From Mobula hypostoma (taxonomy: Eukaryota), in assembly GCF_963921235.1 (NCBI RefSeq), contig NC_086097.1, positions 135,658,001-135,722,000 on the forward strand: a DNA stretch of 64,000 nucleotides. The letters are read 5' to 3'. Both the position numbers and the translations under genes were made by a program. Shown here piece by piece: positions 12,150 to 23,704 of the stretch (the first letter of the stretch is position 1; each line of letters opens with the position of its first letter). Below the pieces are notes generated by a model. That model was given only the letters and a program-made list of their open reading frames with translations. It was not told the DNA's origin and ran no database searches.

Positions 12150-12500
12150 AAGTGCTGTGTTCTTTTGAGCTGCTCACTGTTGAAGGTGACTTGTTTCCCA
12201 TTCCGAGCAGTGTTGAAGACCAAGATGGCAGTCTACAGAACAGTTGTCTTGACTTCTCTGTTGTATGTCTGTGAAACATGGACCCATGAGAGCTCTGGCA
12301 CAGAGACATTGATCATGAAGGCTGAACTTCGATGGGTTGGACATTTGGTCCGGATGGAAGATCACCTTCCAAAGATGGTATTCTTTTCCGAGCGGCAACA
12401 TGGCACCAGAGAGCAGGGAGGCTCCACAAAGTGCAATAAAGACTGCATGAAATCATCCTTGAAGGCATGCAATATCCCTGTGACTGGTTGGGAGGCCTTG
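12150..12500 (+). mobile_element. RTE-clade LINE 3' relic
   Basis: TKMAVYRTVVLTSLLYVCETWT, LRWVGHLVRMED, KDCMKSSLKACNI match the RTE/BovB-type ORF C-terminus. Confidence 0.8.
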
Positions 12501-12574
12501 TTCAAACTATACTTCTCAGTTCAGGCTTCACTCTCTCCAGAGACGTCACTAATTTCCTCGTCAGTTCCTACGGA

Positions 12575-12940
12575 CTTTCAAGAAGAAGTTCAGACAATGA
12601 CTTCAACTCAGCCACACATGCTGAAATGTCCTCCCCTTCTATTTGATCCCACTTATCAAACCTAAAACATTCTGAAATCAGCAATGGATTTGGTTGTAAG
12701 TGTTTCTGCATTACTTTGACAATATCATCAAAGCTCATTTCTGCAAGTTTGTTAGGAGCAGCCAAAACTTTGAAGCAAACTATATGCTTTAAAACCCAAA
12801 GAACTCAGCAAAATTGGCACTCACTTCTCATTGGTTATTTGATTTGCTTCAAAATACTGTTCCAATAACTCAGTATACATGAGCAAATTACCCGTGTGTA
12901 ATTAAACTTGGCAATCTTTTTGAGGTAGCTAGCCATTTCT
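12575..12940 (-). mobile_element. Gypsy LTR retrotransposon gag relic
   Basis: EQYFEANQI, AYSLLQS, APNKLAEMSFDDIVKVMQKHLQPNPLLISECFRF, ISACVAELKSLSE resemble Gypsy gag N-terminus. Confidence 0.75.
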
Positions 12941-14310
12941 GCTTTTTTTCATGATTATTATCACCCAGTGCTCACAGTTAATGAACTCTAAATTCTTCCG
13001 TTTACTGCTTTTAAAAAACCTCAATTGCGTCTTCTCTTTTGAAAAACATGTCTTGGCTACATTTGCTTAAAACTCGACTGTTTCACCACGTGAAAATGAT
13101 AGGTATCAGATTTATTATTACTGACTTATAGGATGTGAAATTTGTTTGTTTTTTTTGCTGCAGCAGCAGTACAATGCAAAGACGTAAAATTACTATAAAT
13201 TACAAAAATAAATAGTGCAAAACAAAAAGAATAATGAGGTAGTGTACATGAGTTCATAAATCATTCAGAAATAGAATGGCAGAGGGGAAGAAGCTGTTTC
13301 CGAGTTTGGGTCCTTAGGCTCTTGTACCTCCTCCCTGATGGAAGTATCGAGAAGAGCGAATATCCTCAATAGCGGGGTCCTAGTTGATGGATGCCACCAC
13401 CTTGTGACATCAAGAAGTGGCCACCACTACTTAGTTGGCCACTGTACATTGTTCCCAGTGTGCAGGTGAGTTGTAGAACTGGGCAGAGCTGAGAGTGTGG
13501 GAGTGATGGAAATATGGGGAGAATAGATTACGGGCAAAATAAATAATGGGATTTTCTGGCATAGACTTGGAACTTAGCATAGCTCAGCAGAGAACAGCAC
13601 CTTTGGCACACCATATTGTACTGAACTAATGAAAGTGGTAATTAAATGCCTAATTAAACTAATTTCTTCTGCCTACACAAAATCCGTATCTCTCTTGTCA
13701 TCTCTAAGTGTCACACCCACTTGATGGGCTAATGGGTGTTGTGCAAACTTAACTGTAACTGCGATGATTGGAAAGGATGAGACCAATAGCAAAAGGAATC
13801 AGATTGAAATTATTTTTACACAAATAAGGAAGATGCTAAAGACCAGATAATTCCAAAAGATAAGCTGAATACAGTAAAAGCATCAGGGGTAGAGGGAGAA
13901 GGGCAGATGTGCCAATTTAATTCTTCATGTCAGTTTTCAAATGAAGACTACTGACAATTTCTAGGGCCAGTTGAACTAAAACTGGAAATCAGTAACATAT
14001 GTTCAACATGTGTTGCCAGGGAACTCAAAGCAGAAATGTCGACAGATCTTGAAGCAGCTGGGGAAATAACACAGAATTTACAAGGAAGTGAGTGAGGAAA
14101 TAGGCAAGACCCTGGTTAATACTTGCAGGAACTTCATAAATACGTAGATTGTCTCTGAGGTTTGTGAGAATTACTCAGCTAATTCCAACACTTATAAACA
14201 CGAAGAAAGCGTGTATTCAGGAATGATGGATCAATTAGTACTGCACTGGGAAAAATTCTCTGACAGTACATTCATTGCTTGTTTAAGTGAACATGAAAGG
14301 AAGACCCTGA

Positions 14311-14444
14311 AGACAAGAAATTCTGCAGATGCTGGAAATCCAAAGCAACAGACGCAAAATGCTGCAGGAACTCAGCAGGTCAGGTAACCTCTATGGAATA
14401 AATAAACAGTTGATATTTCGGGCCGATACCCTTCTTCAGGACAC
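14311..14444 (-). mobile_element. Penelope-derived short element with intact hammerhead core
   Basis: - strand reads GTC-CTGAAGA-A-GGGT/ATCG/GCCC-GAAAT-ATC-AAC, then the family body CCTGACCTGCTGAGTTCC...CCAGCATCTGCAG. Confidence 0.75.
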
Positions 14445-15344
14445 ATCTTCAGGTATCTTCCTATTCATGAAAGGGACATGCTTGTTACAGAATTAATCAC
14501 GTCATAAATGCCTTCGATTTCTTTGAGCAGCAGTTATGTTATTGGATGGGATCTTTTCAATAGACATAACATCTGGAGCGAGAATAGGGGGTGATATAAT
14601 TGCAGTGTTGGCAAATGAAACAAAGGCAGAAACCTTGGAAATGAGCAGCAGAAGCAGCGGTATCTGTAAAGCTTGCCTAACCTTTTGAGTTCAGGCTCCT
14701 GTGTTAGACATAACATATTTCAGTTTTCTGATCATGTTTGAGTTTAACTTCTTAAGCAGATAGGAGCACCTGGTATTAATGGTAGAACTCAGCAAATGTT
14801 CCGTGTTACAGGGGTCAGAAGCAAGTGGATAGAGGATAAGAAGTGATGAAGGCTGAGATCTTGTTCAGGATACACTGTCTTTTGTTTTAGTGAATGTCAT
14901 GCCTTCGTGTGGTCAGAGAATCTAAAAATATCATGGCTGGTAGCATCTTTAGATTCCCTGACTACATGAAACTGTGTCGATGTTGGCATTGTTGAGAAGG
15001 CTGGGAATATTGTCAGGTCTTTCTTTTTCCCTTTCCAGGATTTAAACTTCAGCAAGGGTGTAAGATGGGTTGGAGTGGATTCAATGATTTGTTACAAGTG
15101 CCATTATCATGCCCATGGACTGATCCTCTGATGGCCATTTTATCTGTTAGCCAAAAATGAAAGGTTCACTCAACAAGGAAATGGACAAAGGATCTCCCAA
15201 GAATATGCTCAAAACTGAAACACTCACAACCATCTCATCTTCTTCCTGATCTTCCCAATGTCACAGGGTTCCGCCACTTTGATTCACCACATGTGAGACT
15301 CAAAACAGGGCTCTAAGCACTGTATACTGCAATAGCTTTGAAAT

Positions 15345-16444
15345 AGAACAGAACAACACGGGAACAGTGTTTTTTGCCCACAACGTTGTGTCGAACTAAT
15401 TAAGCTAATGATGTATAATTACATTAATCCCTTCTGTTTGCAAATGGTCCGTATCCCTCCATTCTCTGCATAGTCATGTGCCTGTCTAAACACCTCTCTT
15501 AAACATCTCTTAAATCTGCCTCATCACTACCTCTGGTGATACATTCCAGGCACCCACCACTCTCTGTATATAAAAAAAACTAATCTTGCACGTCTTCTTT
15601 GCAGTTACCCCCCTCACCTGGAAAGTATACCCTCTAGTACTAGATATTTTGACAACCCCCCCAAAAAGGAATGTAGGGCTCAGGAAGATGATGAAAATTG
15701 TATTCATTTGTTAGCCAATGGAAGTCATGTTCTGTATCTTGTATATGTGTGCTGAATTGAGGAGCGTGGGCTTTTTCAGGAAGCAAGCAGAGAGGACGGA
15801 CGTGTGAGGAACGGACAGGGTTCCCTGGCGGCGGACACCGGACCTCGGGGGTTCGGAGGGTGGCCGGAGTCTCAGAAGGACGTTGTGGATGGAATCGGAG
15901 GCATGAGCTCCAACGTATTAAAATATTATGTGCACAAGACTGAAAAGTTACTTATGTGGCGCCTGTTCTTGTGGTTGTTTCTACTAACCCAACACCAAAA
16001 TTTGCTATAAAGTATAAGTATTTACTCACAATCAGTATATTGTTTCATATTTGTGTCGTGGCTGATCACTGGGCGACTCACACCTTATCCACACCAAAGC
16101 AATTGCACTGTTGGCGGGGTTGATGGCTATTCACCCTGGGCAATGGGGGTCAGTGGGGCAAAGACCTTTACAAGAAGAAACTGGCTGTCTATTCTATCAA
16201 TGCCTCTCATAATTTTATAAACTTCTACCAGGTCTCCACTGAGGGTTTACCAGACAAAACAACATTAGTTTGTCCAACCTCTTCTGATAGCATCTGCTCA
16301 CTAATCCAGGTGGTATCCTGGTAAAACACTTCTGCTCCCTCTCCAGAGCCCCAGAATCCTTCCCATAATGGGGTGAACACAAATGAATGCAATAGTCCAG
16401 ATGTGTCCAGAGTTTTAGCATAACTTCCCAACCTTTGAACTCAA
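15345..16444 (-). mobile_element. Old CR1 3' fragment interrupted by a solo LTR
   Basis: HLDYCIHLCSPHY and QRVVGAWN remnants on either side of 15672-16172. Confidence 0.7.
15672..16172. mobile_element. Solo LTR (501 bp)
   Basis: TGTA...TACA termini; flanks GGAA/AGAA (4-bp TSD with one mismatch); interrupts colinear CR1 sequence. Confidence 0.65.
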
Positions 16445-17964
16445 CATAAGAACGAAAGAAATAGGAGCAAAAGTAGGCCATCTGGCCCAACGATCCTGCC
16501 CCACCGTTCAATAAGATCCTGGCTGATCTGTCCGTAAACTCAGCTCCATCCACCTGCCTTTTCCCCATAACCCTTAATTCCCATACTATGTAAAAATCTA
16601 TCAAACTGTATCTTAAATATGTTTAGTGAAGAAGCCTGAACTGCTTCCCTGGGCAGAGAATTCCAAAGATTCACCACTCTCTGGGAAAAACAGTTTCTCC
16701 TCATCTCCATCCTAAACCTTCTCCCCTGAATCTTGAGGCAATGTCCCCTAGTTCTAGTCTCACCTACCAATGGAAACAACTGTCCTACTTTTATCCTATC
16801 TATCCCTTTCAAAATTTTGTACCTTTTTATAAGATCCCCTCTCATTCTTCTGATTTCCAGAGAGTATAGTCCCAGGCAACTCAATCTCTCCTCATAGGTT
16901 AACCTCTTCATCTCTGGAATCAACCTGGTGAACTTCCTCTGCACCGCCTCCAAAGCCAGAATATCCTTCCTCAAGTATGAAGACCAGAACTGCACACAGT
17001 ACTCCAGGTGCGGTCTCACCAGTGCCCTGTACAGTTGCAGCATGACCTCCCTGCTCTTGAATTCAATCTCTCTTGCAATGAAGGCCAACAATCCGTTTGC
17101 CTTCTTAGTAACCTGTTATACCTGCAAGCCAACTTTTTGTGATTCATACACAAGCACTCCCAAGTCCCTTTGCACAACAGCATGCTGCAATCGTTCATCA
17201 TATAAATAATGATCTGATCTTCTATTATTCCTTCCAAAGTGGATGCTCTCGCATTTACCAACATTGTATTCCATCTGCCAGACCTTGGCCCACTCACTTA
17301 TCCTATCTATATCCATCTGCAGACTCTCCACATCCTCTGTACAATTTGCTTTTCCACTTGGTTTAGTGTCATCAGCAAATTTTGCTACGCTACACTCAGT
17401 CCCCTCTTCCAAATCATCAAAGTAAATGGTAAACAGCTGCGGGCCCAGCACTGACCCCTAGGCACCCCACTCACCACAGACTGCCAACCGGTGAAACACC
17501 CATTTATACCAACTCTCTGCCTTCTATTGGTTAACCAATCCACCCATGCCAATACACTTCCTCCGACTCCATGCATCCGTACCTTATTTATAAGTCTCTT
17601 GCACGGCACCTTATCGAACTCCTTCTAGAAATCCAAGTATACAACATCCACTTGTTCCCCTCTATCCACTGCACTCATTCTGTCCTCAGAGAACTCCAGT
17701 AAGTTTGTCAAACAGGACCTGCCCTTTCTGAATCCATGCTGCATCTGTCTAATGGAACCACTCCTTTCTAAATGTTTCTCTATTTCTTCCTTAATGACAG
17801 CTTCAAGCATTTTCCCAACTGCAGATGTTAAGCTAATTGGCCTATAGTTGCCCGTCTTTTGCCTACATCCTTTTTTAAAAAGTGGCATGACATTTGCTGT
17901 CTTCCAATCCGCCAGGACCTGCCCAGAGTCGAGAGAATTTTGGTAAATGATTACGAACATGTCT
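16445..17964 (-). mobile_element. CR1 LINE fragment (RT + 3' UTR)
   Basis: ORFs 17625-18041 (part), 17116-17451 (FADD) and 16540-17091. Confidence 0.9.
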
Positions 17965-19675
17965 ACATAGAAACATAGAAAATAGGTGCAGGAGTAGGCC
18001 ATTCGGCCCTTCGAGCCTGCACCGCCATTCAATATGATCATGGCTGATCATCCAACTCAGAGCCCTGTACCAGTCTTCCCTCCATACCCCCCGATCCCTT
18101 TAGCCACAAGGGCCATATCCAGCTCCCTCTTAAATATAGCCAATGAACTGGCCTCAACTGTTTCCTGTGGCAGAGAATTCCACAGATTCACCACTCTCTG
18201 TGTGAAGAAGTTTTTCCTAATCTCGGTCCTAAAAGGCTTCCCCTTTATCCTCAAACTGTGACCCCTCGTTCTGGACTTCCTCAACATCGGGAACAATCTT
18301 CCTGCATCTAGCCTGTCCAATCCCTTTAGGATTTTATATGTTTCAATAAGATCCCCCCTCAATCTTCTAAATTCCAACCCGTATAAGCCTAGTCGATCCA
18401 GTCTTTCATCATATGAAAGTCCTGCCATCCCAGGAATCAATCTGGTGAACCTTCTTTGTACTCCCTCTATGGCAAGAATGTCTTTCCTCAGATTAGGGGA
18501 CCAAAACTGCACACAGTACTCCGGGAGTGGTCTCACCAAGGCCTTGTACAACTGTAGTAGTACCTCCCTGCTCCTGTACTCGAATCCTCTTGCTATGAAT
18601 GCCAGCATACCGTTGGCCTTTTTCACCGCCTGCTGTACCTGTATGCCCACTTTCAATGACTGGTGTATAATGTAATCGGCCACCATTCAGATAATAATCT
18701 GTTTTTGCCACCAAAGTGGATAACCTCACATTTATCCACATTAAATTGCATCTGCCATGAATTTTCCCACTATCCAAGTCACCCTGCATCCTCTTAGCAT
18801 CCTCCTCACAGCAAACACTGCCGCCCAGCTTCGTGTCATCTGCAAACTTGGAGATGTTGCATTTAATTCCCTCATCTAAATCATTAATATATATTGTAAA
18901 CAACTGGGGTCCCAGCACTGAGCCTTGCGGTACCCCACTTTAAGTTTGCACACTGTGTGGGATCTTGGCAAAAGCCTTTTGAAAATCCAAATATACCACA
19001 TCCACTGGTTCTTCCCTATCCACTCTACTAGTTACATCCTCAAAAAATTCTATGAGATTCGTCAGACATGATTTTCCTTTCACAAATCCATGCTGACTTT
19101 GTCTGATGATTTCACCGCTTTCCAAATGTGCTGTTATCACATCTTTGATAACTGACTCTAGCAGTTTCCCCCCCACCGATGTTAGGCTAACCGGTCTATA
19201 ATACGCTGGTTTCTCTCTCCCTCCTTTTTTAAAAAGTGGGGTTACATTAGCCACCTTCCAATCCTCCACCGTGAAGACTGACACAAAATAGTCGTTTATT
19301 GCCTCAGCTATTTCCTTATCACCCAATATCAATCTCCCCTTCTCGTCTTCCAAGGGACCTATGTTGACTTTAGCCACCCCCTTCTGCTTTATGTATCTAT
19401 AAAAACTTTTGCTATCTGTTTTTATATTTTGTGCTAATTTACTTTTATACTCTATCTTCCCTTTCCTTATTTCTTGTTTAGTTGCTCTTTGTTGCTTTTT
19501 AAAGTTTTCCCAATCCTCCAGTCTCCCACTGCTCTTTGCGACTTTGTACACATGAGCTTTTAATTTGATATTATCTTTTGTTTCCTGAGTTACCCAAGGC
19601 TGGCTCTCCCCACACTTACTGTCTTTATTTTTGACTGGAATATACTTTTGTTGAGCACTGTGAAAAATCTCTTTG
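17965..19675 (-). mobile_element. CR1 LINE fragment with internal deletions, abutting the previous copy
   Basis: (TTCTATGT)n tail at 17965; ORFs 18057-18686, 18493-18918 (FADD) and 18940-19716 (YRPVSLTS, DFQKAF). Confidence 0.9.
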
Positions 19676-19889
19676 ACAAGTATTCTATGAGTTTTCTTTA
19701 CCACCCCATCAAACAAGTTGCGGACACCAACCTAACATTGTGGAAAACTGCTTCACAAAAAGGAGGAGAAATTTATTCTTGCTACTTGCAGCCTAATTAG
19801 CAATATTAGGCGTCATTGGCTATGTTACCAATAAACTGCTGACGATGCCCAGTTTGGGTTTTGCCATGAGCACTTATCGCCACACCTCA

Positions 19890-20571
19890 AAGATTCAAAG
19901 TACATTTATTTTATAAGTATTATGCAGTATACAACCCTAAGATTCATCTTCCCTACAGACAGCCATGAAACAAAGAACTATGGGACCAACCCATTCGAAG
20001 TAAAACATCAGCTCCCCCCAGTGCTAAAAAGTTGCGCAAACTGCAACAGAAAAGAGGGAAAACACAGAATATAAAACACAAAATCAAAAGTTCAGCTCAA
20101 TGTTCACTATCTATAGGCTGCTCCGATTCAAACGTCTCCCAAAAGTAGCAACAAAAAAGTTGGCGACCAGAACTAGAACACACCATAAACCTAAGAGTCC
20201 AAATCTACAAACTATGACGAGTAAACCTTGCTCCTGCACCATCCTCCAACAGCATCGGGGGCGGGGGAGGGATCATTTCAGTCTTCCCCGGTACTTTAAT
20301 CAGAGAGATCGGTGAGAAATGGAGTCGACTGCAGGCTCACGCCCTGTCCCCAGGCTTAGGTTGCAGCCTTGTGGAACCCACTCCCATTCAGCGAAGTGCC
20401 AGGTCGCCCGATTGGCTCAAAAGCACAGCTCCAGAAAGTAGATAACAGGCTGTAACAGTAGCAGAACCACATCTGAAATAAAAAGAAAATGCAAAAGAAG
20501 TAAAAGGAACTGCTTTGTGGCCCATCTCGAGGATGCTGCCTTTGCTCGCATTGTTCACTGGTGCCATCTTC
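19890..20571 (-). mobile_element. Non-autonomous retroposon (AAGATGG head, Rex1-type tail)
   Basis: - strand starts AAGATGGCACCAGTGAACAA and ends AATAAATGTACTTTGAATCTTTGA. Confidence 0.6.
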
Positions 20572-20699
20572 TTCCAGAATCATGAATCATACCCAATTTT
20601 CAGGGGTGAGGTGAGAGTGGGATTAAGACAGATTTTGACTGAGGCTGGTACCAAGCAGAGAACTTAAAACCCAAGCCAATGGGCACCAGGGGGAAAACA

Positions 20700-21550
20700 T
20701 CTCCATTGGTTGTGACTATCGGAAATCAATCGTCCAAGTCCCAGAACATCACTTCAGAGGCTCTCAGGCTAATTCCTGTGCCCAGCCATCTCCAGCTGCT
20801 TCATCAAAGAACTTCATTCCATCAGAAGAGGGGATGTTCACTGATGTTGGTAGAATTCCAATTCCATTCCCAACCCCTCATTAAACAAAGTAGTCAACGC
20901 CTGCAAGCAGTAAGACTTAGACAAATTTAGGTAGGGGCTCACAAACGCAAGTAATGTTAATGCATCAAGCCAATGACAGCTCTGCCAAGGGAGTCCAGAG
21001 TTCCATATTTGACATACAGTGGTACCTCCATTGCCAGTTACCCCACCAATAAACTTAACTGGACTAATGATTTCATGACTGTAGCTTCAAGACTACACTA
21101 GAGGTTGGGTATCCTGTAGTGAGTGAAATGCCTCCAGGGCATTTGTTCTCAAGGATTGTCAAAGAATACTTGCCACTTGTATGATGACAGCAGATTCAGC
21201 AGGAATCTTGGCATGGTTTGATCAATGTCTCATCCCTCACTCAAAACATTCACTCTCCCCACCACCAGCACACCGTGGTTGCAGTATGTATCATCTAAAA
21301 AAATGTACTGCAGTTGCTTCCCAGGGTACTCCCATAACATCACCCCACCCTGCATCCACTATTACCAAGAAACACAAAAACAGTGAGCGTATGGAACACC
21401 ATCTCCAGGTCACACCACATTCTGATTTAGAAATGCATCTGTGGTGCTTCCTTGTCACTGGCATTAAACCTTGCAACACCCTCTCTTTCAGCATTGTGGG
21501 AACACATTCACCAGAAGAGCTGTAACAGTTCAAGAGGTCAGATCTCCACC
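20700..21550 (+). mobile_element. Ancient CR1/L2-group LINE RT relic
   Basis: Degenerate QSSKSQNITS / FSCFIKEL-like / GMFTD (FADD-equivalent) order; the 3' part resembles the inverted fragment at ~55210-55550. Confidence 0.5.
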
Positions 21551-23704
21551 ACCTTAAATTTGCCAAAGGTTCTCAAAAGTCTGAAGGCAGCTTCCTCACC
21601 AAGACCACTGACCTTGAGTCTCTTGGTAGTTGGGGCTGGGACGAGGTGTTCTCACATATGGTCCTACCCAGGCTATCGTAGGGTTCTGAATGTAACCCCA
21701 ATATTTTGTAAGTCAGAAATGTGGCGGTGAACCACATTCCCACCTGGCTGAAGATGCCTGCAGCCCTACAACAGCTGATAAGCCATCTTGCTGGTCTCCC
21801 AAATGCTTCCTCGCATTTATGGGCCACAAAAGTTAGGGGTTCGTAACCTGGAGAGTTAATGAGGCTGCCTGGGGAAGCATGATCTCAGTCAGGGAGGTCA
21901 CTCCATGAAAGGACTCAGTGGACATAGTCTACCATGTAAAAGGATTGAGTTATGGAGAGAAGTTGAGCCATTGGGGTCTTCTTTGCTGGAGTGTAAGAGA
22001 ACATATATTGATATTATAGGGGTGAATAAAATCATGAGCAGCACAAATAGACTGAATGTGCAGTCTTCTTCCCAGGGTTGGGGAATCAAGAATAGGTTTA
22101 AGTTGAGAGGGGAGAAATTAATGGCTAACTTTTTCATTTAGAGAGTTGTCAGTATATAGAATAAGCTGCCAGAGGAAGTGGTTGAGGCAGGAACGTTAGT
22201 AACGTTTAACAAGGGTTTCTCTGTTAATGGTAGGGGTCCATGGCGTATAAAGGTTGGGGACTTCTGAAAGGTACTTGGATAGTGCAGTGGTCAAACCAAG
22301 CAAGAACCAAAACCAAAACAATTGCCGCTGCTGGTGACTACACGGATTTGATATATTTACATGACGCACCCTCACTTCTGTAATGATTGTTCCAAAAATC
22401 GAGGATACGTATTTTATCCTCTATTCGCAATAGGCAAACCTGCAGTCTTGAAGCAATGAAACTTACGTGTACCCAAGTGTAAGCTAGGTGTAATAGAGCG
22501 ATATTGAGCGATCAGCAAAAGATTCAACATCCGCCACTCCCCGGCTACTCCAAACTGCAATGAACAAAGCATGAAGATGAAACTTATTCCCTTTGCTTTT
22601 ACCCCACCCCCACCCAATCATGTGACTGGTTACCATGATAAATGTAGGAAATGCACAACACAGAATGGAATGCAGGTAGAGAACAGATACATGGCTCCTA
22701 CAGATAGGTACAGTATATGGATAGAAAAGGTTTAAAGGGATTTGAGCCCACAAAGGCAAATGAGAACAGCTTAGATGGCAACCTTAGTTCACATGGACCA
22801 CTGGAGCTGAAAGGTCTGATTCTGTGCTGTATAACTCTAACAGGTTGCATCCACCAACCATAGGTTGTTACCTGCACTACAGCAACGTGTTAAATTATTC
22901 AATGTATTGCAAGATTTTAAATCTCAACATCATCAGAAGTCTGCAAGACAGCACAGCTTTCTACTTTACGCAGACCAGTTTCTGCATGGACCATTGCAGG
23001 GGACTGTTTAAACATTCACATCTGCTGGTAATTGAAAACACTGGAAGCAGATAGTAGAGGGACTTTTTCAAGCCAACAACTTGCCTGGGGAAAAATCCCA
23101 GTCACCCACCAATGGGTTAACAATAAGATGCTGAACAGCAGTTCTTCAGAAATCAGGAGAAGGGAGCCCGAATTCTCATGTTCCCCTGCCATGTAGTTAT
23201 CGTTCCCTTTACCAATCACGGCATTGGAAGTCAGCTGAAGTTGGAGATTTGGGAGATATGGAAAAATATTAACAAATTGCTTCTTAGTTCTGCAGCGGGG
23301 TTGATTCATCTTGCTGTGATAATTCATCTAGGGATGTATGGCTGGAACAGTAATATTGCTGCTTTGGAGTTACACTTGATTATGGTTGAAAACTTTCCAA
23401 AACTGCATTGTGTAATGTTCCCGGTGAAGAAGGATGCTGTGGGATGTTGCACTGTCACCTATGCTGACTGTAGAATGTAGAATGTTAGAACAAAGGTCAC
23501 CTTTGTCCTTGGATACTACCAAATCTCCAAATAGATCTCATGACATTACTTTCTTTAACTTCTGGTAACAACTTCCCCCTCTCTTTTCTTCCCTTATCCC
23601 TCTGGCCTCATCGCGCCTTCCCTTCACCCTTTCCTGACCTCTCCATCTACCTATCACTCACACATTTTTCCCTTCAGTTTCCATCCCCACCTCCTTCTCT
23701 TTAA

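Noticed and set aside
14637..14669. GNEQQKQRYL resembles an acyl-CoA dehydrogenase motif
   Set aside because: Immediately followed by TAA, with no supporting flanking homology or convincing splice sites.
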